In this document: positions 13,641 to 23,939 of the stretch, piece after piece
Layout: each line of letters opens with the position of its first letter
How positions within the stretch are numbered: position 1 is the stretch's first letter
From: Auanema rhodensis
Taxonomy: Eukaryota > Animalia > Nematoda
Assembly (NCBI GenBank): GCA_964057225.1
Contig: OZ059894.1
Coordinates: 18,352,001-18,416,000, forward strand
Length of the DNA: 64,000 bases
Direction of reading: 5' to 3'
Made by a program: the position numbers and the translations under genes
Notes under the pieces: generated by a model
Told to the model about the DNA's origin: nothing
Databases searched by the model: none
What the model saw: only the letters and a program-made list of their open reading frames with translations

Positions 13641-15966
13641 ATTTGTTTTCAGTCTAATATGGTAATGGGGAATCTAATTTTGAAAACCGCATCTCTTTAT
13701 CTTTTACGGGAAGCGAGTTACATACCATGTGCACATCACGTGTACATTTAATTAGCATAAATTAAAGTTCACGTAAATTTCAAAGTCATGGTTACCATGC
13801 ACCTATATCAATAAAAATTTGTTTTCAGTCTAATATGGTAATGGGGAATCTAATTTTGAAAACCGCATCTCTTTATCTTTTACGGGAAGCGAGTTACATA
13901 CCATGTGCACATCACGTGTACATTTAATTAGCATAAATTAAAGTTCACGTAAATTTCAAAGTCATGGTTACCTTGCACCAGTATCAATGAAAATTTGTTT
14001 CCGGACTAATATGGCCATGGGGAATCTAATTTTAAAACCCGCATCTCTTTATCTTTTACGGAAAGCGAGTTACATACCATGTGCACATCACCTGTACATT
14101 TGATTAGCATAAATTAAAGTTCACGTAAATTTCAAAGTCATGGTTACCATGCACCAGTATGAATGAAAATTTGTTTTTGGACTAATATGGCCATAGGGAA
14201 TCTAATTATGAAAACCGCATCTCTTTATCTTTCACGGAAAGAGAGTTACATATCATGTGCACATCACGTGTACATTCAATTAGCATAAATTAAAGTTTAC
14301 GTAAATTTCAAAGTCATGGTTACCATGCACCAGTATCAATAAAAATTTGTTTTTGGACTAATATGGCCATAGGGAATCTAATTATGAAAACCGCATCTCT
14401 TTATCTTTCACGGAAAGAGAGTTACATATCATGTGCACATCACGTGTACATTCAATTAGCATAAATTAAAGTTTACGTAAATTTCAAAGTCATGGTTACC
14501 ATGCACCTATATCAATAAAAATTTGTTTTCAGTCTAATATGGAAATGGGGAATCTAATTTTGAAAACCGCATCTCTTCCTCTTTTACGGGAAGCGAGTTA
14601 CATACCATGTGCACATCACGTGTACATTTAATTAGCATAAATTAAAGTTCACGTAAATTTCAAAGTCATGGTTACCATGCACCTATATCAATAAAAATTT
14701 GTTTTCAGTCTAATATGGTAATGGGGAATCTAATTTTGAAAACCGCATCTCTTTATCTTTTACGGGAAGCGAGTTACATACCATGTGCACATCACGTGTA
14801 CATTTAATTAGCATAAATTAAAGTTCACGTAAATTTCAAAGTCATGGTTACCATGCACCAGTATCAATAAAAATTTGTTTTTGGACTAATATGGCCATGG
14901 GGAATTTAATTTTGAAAACCGCATCTCTTTATCTTTTACGGAAAGCGAGTTGCATACCATGTGCACATCACCTGTACATTTAATTAGCATAAATTAAAGT
15001 TCACGTAAATTTCAAAGTCATGGTTACCATGCACCAGTATCAATAAAAATTTGTTTTTGGACTAATATGGCCATAGGGAATCTAATTTTGAAAACGGCAT
15101 CTCTTTATCTTTCACGTGAAGCGAGTTACATACCATGTGCACATCACGTGTACATTTAATTAGCATAAATTAAAGTTCACGTAAATTTCAAAGTCATGGT
15201 TACCATGCACCAATATCAATAAAAATTTGTTTTTAGTCTAATATGGCCATGCGGAATGTAATTATAAAAACCGCATCTCTTCATCTTTCACGGAGAGCGA
15301 GTTACGTACCATGTGCACATCACGTGTACATTTAATTAGCATAAATTAAAGTTCACGTAAATTTCAAAGTCATGGTTACCATGCACCAGTATCAATGAAA
15401 ATTTGTTTTTGGACTAATATGGCCATAGGGAATCTAATTTTCAAAACCCCATCTTTTTATCTATTACGGAAAGCGAGTTACATACCATGTGCCCATCACG
15501 TGTACATTTAATTAGCATAAATTAAAGTTCACTTAAATTTCAAAGTCATGGTTACCATGCACCAGTATCAATAAAAATTTGTTTTTGGACTAATATGGCC
15601 ATGGGGAATCTAATTTTGAAAACCGCGTCTCTTTATCTTTTACGGGAAGCGATTTACATACCATGTGTACATCACGTGTACTTTTAGTTAGCATAAATTA
15701 AAGTTCACGTAAATTTCAAAGTCATGGTTACCATGCACCAGTATCAATAAAAATTTGTTTTTGGACTAATATGGCCATGGGGAATCTAATTTTGAAAACC
15801 GCGTCTCTTTATCTTTTACGGGAAGCGAGTTACATACCATGTGCACATCACGTGTACATTTAATTAGCATAAATTATAGTTCACGTAAATTTCAAAGTCA
15901 TGGTTACCTTGCACCAGTATCAATGAAAATTTGTTTTCGGACTAATATGGACATGGGGAATCTAAT

Positions 15967-18900
15967 TTTGAAAACCGCATCTCTTTATCTTTCACGTGAA
16001 GCGAGTTACATACCATGTGCACATCACGTGTACATTTAATTAGCATAAATTAAAGTTCACGTAAATTTCAAAGTCATGGTTACCATGCACCAGTATCAAT
16101 AAAAATTTGTTTTTGGACTAATATGGACATGGGGAATCTAATTTTGAAAACCGCATCTCTTTATCTTTTACGGGAAGCGATTTACATACCATGTGTACAT
16201 CACGTGTACATTTAGTTAGCATAAATTAAAGTTCACGTAAATTTCAAAGTCATGGTTACCATGCACCAGTATCAATAAAAATTTGTTTTTGGACTAATAT
16301 GGCCATGGGGAATCTAATTTTGAAAACCGCGTCTCTTTATCTTTTACGGGAAGCGATTTACATACCATGTGTACATCACGTGTACTTTTAGTTAGCATAA
16401 ATTAAAGTTCACGTAAATTTCAAAGTCATGGTTACCATGCACCAGTATCAATAAAAATTTGTTTTTGGACTAATATGGCCATAGGGAATCTAATTTTGAA
16501 AACGGCATCTCTTCATCTTTGAGTTACATACCATGTGCACATCACGTGTACATTTAATTAGCATAAATTAAAGTTCACGTAAATTTCAAAGTCATGGTTA
16601 CCATGCACCAATATCGATAAAAATTTGTTTTTAGACTAATATGGACATGGTGAATCTAATTTTGAAAACCGCATCGCTTTATCGTTCACGTGAAGCGAGT
16701 TACATACCATGTGCACATCACGTGTACATTTGATTAGCATAAATTAAAGTTCACGTAAATTTCAAAGTCATGGTTACCATGCACCAATATCAATAAAAAT
16801 TTGTTTTAAGACTAATATGGACATGGGGAATCTAATTTTGAAAACCGCATCTCTTTATCTTTCACGTGAAGCGAGTTACATACCATGTGCACATCACGTG
16901 TACATTTAATTAGCATAAATTAAAGTTCACGTAAATTTCAAAGTCATGGTTACCATGCACCAATATCAATAAAAATTTGTTTTTAGTCTAATATGGCCAT
17001 GCGGAATGTAATTATAAAAACCGCATCTCTTCATCTTTCACGGAGAGCGAGTTACGTACCATGTGCACATCACGTGTACATTTAATTAGCATAAATTACA
17101 GTTCACGTAAATTTCAAAGTCATGGTTACCATGCACCAGTATCAATGAAAATTTGTTTTTGGACTAATATGGCCATAGGGAATCTAATTTTCAAAACCCC
17201 ATCTTTTTATCTATTACGGAAAGCGAGTTACATACCATGTGCCCATCACGTGTACATTTAATTAGCATAAATTAAAGTTCACTTAAATTTCAAAGTCATG
17301 GTTACCATGCGCCTATATCAATAAAAATTTGTTTTTAGTCTAATATGGCCATGGAAAATCTAATTATGAAAACCGCATCTCTTTATCTTTTACGGGAAGC
17401 GAGTTACATACCATGTGTAAATCACGTGTACATTTAATTAGCATAAATTAAAGTTCACGTAAATTTCAAAGTCATGGTTACCATGCACCAATATCGATAA
17501 AAATTTGTTTTTAGACTAATATGGACATGGGGAATCTAATTTTGAAAACCGCATCTCTTTATCTTTCACGGGAAGCGAGTTACATATCATGTGCACATCA
17601 CGTGTACATTTAATTAGCATAAATTAAAGTTCACGTAAATTTCAAAGTCATGGTTACCATGCGCCTATATCAATAAAAATTTGTTTTTAGTCTAATATGG
17701 AAATGGGGAATCTAATTTTGAAAACCGCATCTCTTTATCTTTTACGGGAAGCGAGTTACATACCATGTGCACATCACGTGTACATTTAATTAGCATAAAT
17801 TAAAGTTCACGTAAATTTCAAAGTCATGGTTACCATGCACCAATATCGATAAAAATTTGTTTTTAGACTAATATGGACATGGGGAATCTAATTTTGAAAA
17901 CCGCATCTCTTTATCTTTCACGGGAAGCGAGTTACATATCATGTGCACATCACGTGTACATTTAATTAGCATAAATTAAAGTTCACGTAAATTTCAAAGT
18001 CATGGTTACCATGCACCTATATCAATAAAAATTTGTTTTCAGTCTAATATGGAAATGGGGAATCTAATTTTGAAAACCGCATCTCTTCATCTTTCACGTG
18101 AAGCGAGTTACATACCAAGTGCACATCACGTGTACATTTAATTAGCATAAATTAAAGTTCACGTAAATTTCAAAGTCATGGTTACCTTGCACCAGTATCA
18201 ATGAAAATTTGTTTTCGGACTAATATGGACATGGGGAATCTAATTTTGAAAACCGCATCTCTTTATCTTTTACGGAAAGCGAGTTGCATACCATGTGCAC
18301 ATCACCTGTACATTTGATTAGCATAAATTAAAGTTCACGTAAATTTCAAAGTCATGGTTACCATGCACCAGTATCAATAAAAATTTGTTTTCGGACTAAT
18401 ATGGCCATGGGGAATCTAATTTTAAAACCCGCATCTCTTTATCTTTTACGGAAAGCGAGTTACATACCATGTGCACATCACCTGTACATTTGATTAGCAT
18501 AAATTAAAGTTCACGTAAATTTCAAAGTCATGGTTACCTTGCACCAGTATCAATGAAAATTTGTTTTCGGACTAATATGGCCATGGGGAATCTAATTTTA
18601 AAACCCGCATCTCTTTATCTTTTACGGAAAGCGAGTTACATACCATGTGCACATCACGTGTACATTTAATTAGCATAAATTAAAGTTCACGTAAATTTCA
18701 AAGTCATGGTTACCTTGCACCAGTATCAATGAAAATTTGTTTCCGGACTAATATGGCCATGGGGAATCTAATTTTAAAACCCGCATCTCTTTATCTTTTA
18801 CGGAAAGCGAGTTACATACCATGTGCACATCACCTGTACATTTGATTAGCATAAATTAAAGTTCACGTAAATTTCAAAGTCATGGTTACCATGCACCAGT

Positions 18901-19299
18901 ATGAATGAAAATTTGTTTTTGGACTAATATGGCCATAGGGAATCTAATTATGAAAACCGCATCTCTTTATCTTTCACGGAAAGAGAGTTACATATCATGT
19001 GCACATCACGTGTACATTTAATTAGCATAAATTAAAGTTTACGTAAATTTCAAAGTCATGGTTACCATGCACCTATATCAATAAAAATTTGTTTTCAGTC
19101 TAATATGGAAATGGGGAATCTAATTTTGAAAACCGCATCTCTTCCTCTTTTACGGGAAGCGAGTTACATACCATGTGCACATCACGTGTACATTTAATTA
19201 GCATAAATTAAAGTTCACGTAAATTTCAAAGTCATGGTTACCATGCACCTATATCAATAAAAATTTGTTTTCAGTCTAATATGGAAATGGGGAATCTAA
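15967..19299. repeat. Long-range copy of approximately 1-4389 of array A
   Basis: Private variants GCATCGCTTTATCGTT (881/16671), AATTACAG (ORFs at 1271/17061) and ATGGAAAATC (1561/17351) all recur at an offset of 15790. Confidence 0.9.
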
Positions 19300-19308
19300 A
19301 TCTAAATC
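19300..19308. other. Junction filler between arrays A and B (ATCTAAATC, 9 nt)
   Basis: Array A stops at GGGGAATCTAA (19299), where the consensus would continue TTTTGAAAACC. Array B starts at CAACGAAAAAATTAATTC (19309), which is normally preceded by GTTATT. The intervening bases make 19293-19308 read AATCTA-AATCTA-AATC. Confidence 0.92.
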
Positions 19309-19344
19309 CAACGAAAAAATTAATTCTTCAGGGTGAAAATCGAG

Positions 19345-19584
19345 GATATAAGTGTGAACTTATATCAGTTGATATCTCGGTGCATTTTTAAGCTAGCGCA
19401 AATCTGTTAACACAGATCAACGCAGCTTAAAAATCCGCATCGAATGCACTATACTACATTGAGAAACGCTTAATACAAAAATTAGTTATGATCGTTTGAA
19501 AAATGATGCATTAGTGTATGTTGAGTTTCCATGTACACTCAACATTGCTTCCAAAAACATTTTGACAAAAATTTTTTCGAAAAA
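19345..19584. other. Inverted-repeat (dyad symmetry) cluster in the array B monomer (first copy shown)
   Basis: GATATAAGT/ACTTATATC (19345-53/19358-66); ATTTTTAAGCT/AGCTTAAAAAT (19384-94/19424-34) enclosing ATCTGT/ACAGAT; ATGTTGAGT/ACTCAACAT (19518-26/19537-45); palindrome TTTTTCGAAAAA (19573-84). Confidence 0.9.
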
Positions 19585-21787
19585 TTTCAAAATAATTTAG
19601 CAAAGAGTAGATGTTTTTAGATTCCTTCTTTCAAGGCAAAGACGATGGACAATGTTATTCAACGAAAAAATTAATTCTTCAGGGTGAAAATCGAGGATAT
19701 AAGTGTGAACTTATATCAGTTGATATCTCGGTGCATTTTTAAGCTAGCGCAAATCTGATAACACAGATCGACGCAGCTTAACAATCCGCACCGAATGCAC
19801 TATACTACATTGAGAAACGCTTAAAACAAAAATTAGTTATGATCGTTTGAAAAATGATGCATTAGTGTATGTTGAGTTTCCATGTACACTCAACATTGCT
19901 TCCAAAAACATTTTGACAAAAATTTTTTCGAAAAATTTCAAAATAATTTAGCAAAAAGTAGATGTTTTTAGATTTCTTTTTTCAAGGCAAAGACGATGGA
20001 CAATGTTATTCAACGAAAAAATTAATTCTTCAGGGTGAAAATCGAGGATATATGTGTGAACTTATATCAGTTGATATCTCGGTGTATTTTTAAGCTAGCG
20101 CAAATCTGTTAACACAGATCAACGCAGCTTAAAAATCCGCATCGAATGCACTATACTACATTGAGAAACGCTTAATACAAAAATTAGTTATGATCGTTTG
20201 AAAAATGATGCATTAGTGTATGTTGAGTTTCCATGTACACTCAACATTGCTTCCAAAAACATTTTGACAAAAATTTTTTCGAAAAATTTCAAAATAATTT
20301 AGCAAAAAGTAGATGTTTTTAGATTCCTTATTTCAAGGCAAAGACGATGGACAATGTTATTCAACGAAAAAATTAATTCTTCAGGGTGAAAATCGAGGAT
20401 ATAAGTGTGAACTTATATCAGTTGATATCTCGGTGCATTTTTAAGCTAGCGCAAATCTGTTAACACAGATCAACGCAGCTTAAAAATCCGCATCGAATGC
20501 ACTATACTACATTGAGAAACGCTTAATACAAAAATTAGTTATGATCGTTTGAAAAATGATGCATTAGTGTATGTTGAGTTTCCATGTACACTCAACATTG
20601 CTTCCAAAAACATTTTGACAAAAATTTTTTCGAAAAATTTCAAAATAATTTAGCAAAAAGTAGATGTTTTTAGATTCCTTTTTTCAAGGCAAAGACGATG
20701 GACAATGTTATTCAACGAAAAAATTAATTCTTCAGGGTGAAAATCGAGGATATAAGTGTGAACTTATATCAGTTGATATCTCGGTGCATTTTTAAGCTAG
20801 CGCAAATCTGTTAACACAGATCAACGCAGCTTAAAAATCCGCATCGAATGCACTATACTACATTGAGAAACGCTTAATACAAAAATTAGTTATGATCGTT
20901 TGAAAAATGATGCATTAGTGTATGTTGAGTTTCCATGTACACTCAACATTGCTTCCAAAAACATTTTGACAAAAATTTTTTCGAAAAATTTCAAAATAAT
21001 TTAGCAAAAAGTAGATGTTTTTAGATTCCTTTTTTCAAGGCAAAGACGATGGATAATGTTATTCAACGAAAAAATTAATTCTTCAGGGTGAAAATCGAGG
21101 ATATAAGTGTGAACTTATATCAGTTGATATCTCGGTGCATTTTTAAGCTAGCGCAAATCTGATAACACAGATCGACGCAGCTTAAAAATCCGCACCGAAT
21201 GCACTATACTACATTGAGAAACGCTTAAAACAAAAATTAGTTATGATCGTTTGAAAAATGATGCATTAGTGTATGTTGAGTTTCCATGTACACTCAACAT
21301 TGCTTCCAAAAACATTTTGACAAAAATTTTTTCGAAAAATTTCAAAATAATTTAGCAAAAAGTAGATGTTTTTAGATTCCTCTTTTCAAGGCAAAGACGA
21401 TGGACAATGTTATTCAACGAAAAATTTAATTCTTCAGGGTGAAAATCGAGGATATAAGTGTGAACTTATATCAGTTGATATCTCGGTGCATTTTTAAGCT
21501 AGCGCAAATCTGTTAACACAGATCAACGCAGCTTAAAAATCCGCATCGAATGCACTATACTACATTGAGAGACGCTTAAAACAAAAATTAGTTATGATCG
21601 TTTGAAAAATGATGCATTAGTGTATGTTGAGTTTCCATGTACACTCAACATTGCTTCCAAAAACATTTTGACAAAAATTTTTTCGAAAAATTTCAAAATA
21701 ATTTAGCAAAAAGTAGATGTTTTTAGATTTCTTTTTTCAAGGCAAAGACGATGGACAATGTTATTCAACGAAAAAATTAATTCTTCA

Positions 21788-22115
21788 GGGTGAAAATCGA
21801 GGATATAAGTGTGAACTTATATCAGTTGATATCTCGGTGCATTTTTAAGCTAGCGCAAATCTGTTAACACAGATCAACGCAGCTTAAAAATCCGCATCGA
21901 ATGCACTATACTACAATGAGAAACGCTTAATACAAAAATTAGTTATGATCGTTTGAAACATGATGCATTGCTTCAACATTGCTTCCAAAAACATTTTGAC
22001 AAAAATTTTTTCGAAAAATTTCAAAATAATTTAGCAAAAAGTAGATGTTTTTAGATTCCTTTTTTCAAGGCAAAGACGATGGACAATGTTATTCAACGAA
22101 AAAATTAATTCTTCA
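21788..22115. repeat. 328-bp variant of the array B monomer (net -23 bp); about 11 stand-alone copies between 21.8 and 43.7 kb
   Basis: AGTGTATGTTGAGTTTCCATGTACAC (26 nt) is replaced by GCT. GGGTG spacing 21788 to 22116 is 328. Confidence 0.95.
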
Positions 22116-22817
22116 GGGTGAAAATCGAGGATATAAGTGTGAACTTATATCAGTTGATATCTCGGTGCATTTTTAAGCTAGCGCAAATCTGATAACACAG
22201 ATCGACGCAGCTTAAAAATCCGCATCGAATGCACTATACTACATTGAAAAACGCTTAATACAAAAATTAGTTATGATCGTTTGAAAAATGATGCATTAGT
22301 GTATGTTGAGTTTCCATGTACACTCAACATTGCTTCCAAAAACATTTTGACAAAAATTTTTTCGAAAAATTTCAAAATAATTTAGCAAAAAGTAGATGTT
22401 TTTAGATTCCTTTTTTCAAGGCAAAGACGATGGACAATGTTATTCAACGAAAAAATTAATTCTTCAGGGTGAAAATCGAGGATAGAAGTGTGAACTTATA
22501 TCAGTTGATATCTCGGTGCATTTTTAAGCTAGCGCAAATCTGTTAACACAGATCAACGCAGCTTAAAAATCCGCATCGAATGCACTATACTACATTGAGA
22601 AACGCTCAAAACAAAAATTAGTTATGATCGTTTGAAAAATGATGCATTAGTGTATGTTGAGTTTCCATGTACACTCAACATTGCTTCCAAAAACATTTTG
22701 ACAAAAATTTTTTCGAAAAATTTCAAAATAATTTAGCAAAAAGTAGATGTTTTTAGATTCCTTTTTTCAAGGCAAAGACGATGGACAATGTTATTCAACG
22801 AAAAAATTAATTCTTCA

Positions 22818-23259
22818 GGGTGAAAATCGAGGATATAAGTGTGAACTTATATCAGTTGATATCTCGGTGCATTTTTAAGCTAGCGCAAATCTGATAACAC
22901 AGATCGACGCAGCTTAACAATCCGCACCGAATGCACTATACTACATTGAGAAACGCTTAATACAAAAATTAGTTATGATCGTTTGAAAAATGATGCATTA
23001 GTGTATGTTGAGTTTCCATGTACACTCAACATTGCTTCCAAAAACATTTTGACAAAAATTTTTTCGAAAAATTTCAAAATAATTTAGCAAAAAGTAGATG
23101 TTTTTGATGCATTGCTTCAACATTGCTTCCAAAAACATTTTGACAAAAATTTTTTCGAAAAATTTCAAAATAATTTAGCAAAAAGTAGATGTTTTTAGAT
23201 TCCTTTTTTCAAGGCAAAGACGATGGACAATGTTATTCAACGAAAAAATTAATTCTTCA
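22818..23259. repeat. 442-bp variant of the array B monomer (351 plus the 91-bp segment); also near 45850 and 48180
   Basis: GGGTG spacing 22818 to 23260 is 442. GTAGATG occurs at 23094 and 23185 (91 apart). Confidence 0.93.
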
Positions 23260-23939
23260 GGGTGAAAATCGAGGATATAAGTGTGAACTTATATCAGTTG
23301 ATATCTCGGTGCATTTTTAAGCTAGCGCAAATCTGATAACACAGATCGACGCAGCTTAAAAATCCGCATCGAATGCACTATACTACATTGAAAAACGCTT
23401 AATACAAAAATTAGTTATGATCGTTTGAAAAATGATGCATTAGTGTATGTTGAGTTTCCATGTACACTCAACATTGCTTCCAAAAACATTTTGACAAAAA
23501 TTTTTTCGAAAAATTTCAAAATAATTTAGCAAAAAGTAGATGTTTTTAGATTCCTTTTTTTAAGGCAAAGACGATGGACAATGTTATTCAACGAAAAAAT
23601 TAATTCTTCAGGGTGAAAATCGAGGATATAAGTGTGAACTTATATCAGTTGATATCTCGGTGCATTTTTAAGCTAGCGCAAATCTGATAACACAGATCGA
23701 CGCAGCTTAAAAATCCGCATCGAATGCACTATACTATATTGAGAAACGCTTAATACAAAAATTAGTTATGATCGTTTGAAAAATGATGCATTAGTGTATG
23801 TTGAGTTTCCATGTACACTCAACATTGCTTCCAAAAACATTTTGACAAAAATTTTTTCGAAAAATTTCAAAATAATTTAGCAAAAAGTAGATGTTTTTAG
23901 ATTCCTTTTTTCAAGGCAAAGACGATGGACAATGTTATT

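Larger units (their letters stand above)
1..19299. repeat. Satellite array A: 176-bp monomer, about 110 tandem copies, running off the left edge of the window
   Basis: The G of TTTTGAAAAC recurs at 4, 180, 356, 532 and 708 (period 176). Consensus is approximately TTTGAAAACCGCATCTCTTTATCTTTYACGGGAAGCGAGTTACATACCATGTGCACATCACGTGTACATTTAATTAGCATAAATTAAAGTTCACGTAAATTTCAAAGTCATGGTTACCATGCACCAGTATCAATAAAAATTTGTTTTTGGACTAATATGGCCATGGGGAATCTAAT. (19299 + 6x10)/176 gives 110 monomers. Confidence 0.99.

Noticed and set aside
1271-17261. Three 66-aa ORFs (1271, 15839, 17061)
   Set aside because: Each spans just over one monomer and is open only because a SNP (AATTAA to AATTAC or AATTAT) removes the stop present in other copies. 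There is no recognisable protein. They are useful only as duplication markers.
1-19299. Identity with known 176-178-bp satellites (Brassica CentBr, Arabidopsis CEN178, honeybee AluI)
   Set aside because: Only the length matches. The monomer has no AAGCTT or AGCT site and I do not recognise its sequence. A database search is needed.
19293-19308. AATCTA repeat as a telomeric seed
   Set aside because: It is under three units long, does not match common telomere motifs (TTAGG, TTAGGG, TTAGGC), and is fully explained by copying the adjacent array A end.
19331-19681. Tandem 5S rRNA, tRNA, snRNA or spliced-leader gene array
   Set aside because: Hairpins exist, but I see no 5S sequence, tRNA cloverleaf with A/B boxes, or known snRNA/SL sequence, and the stem SNPs are uncompensated.
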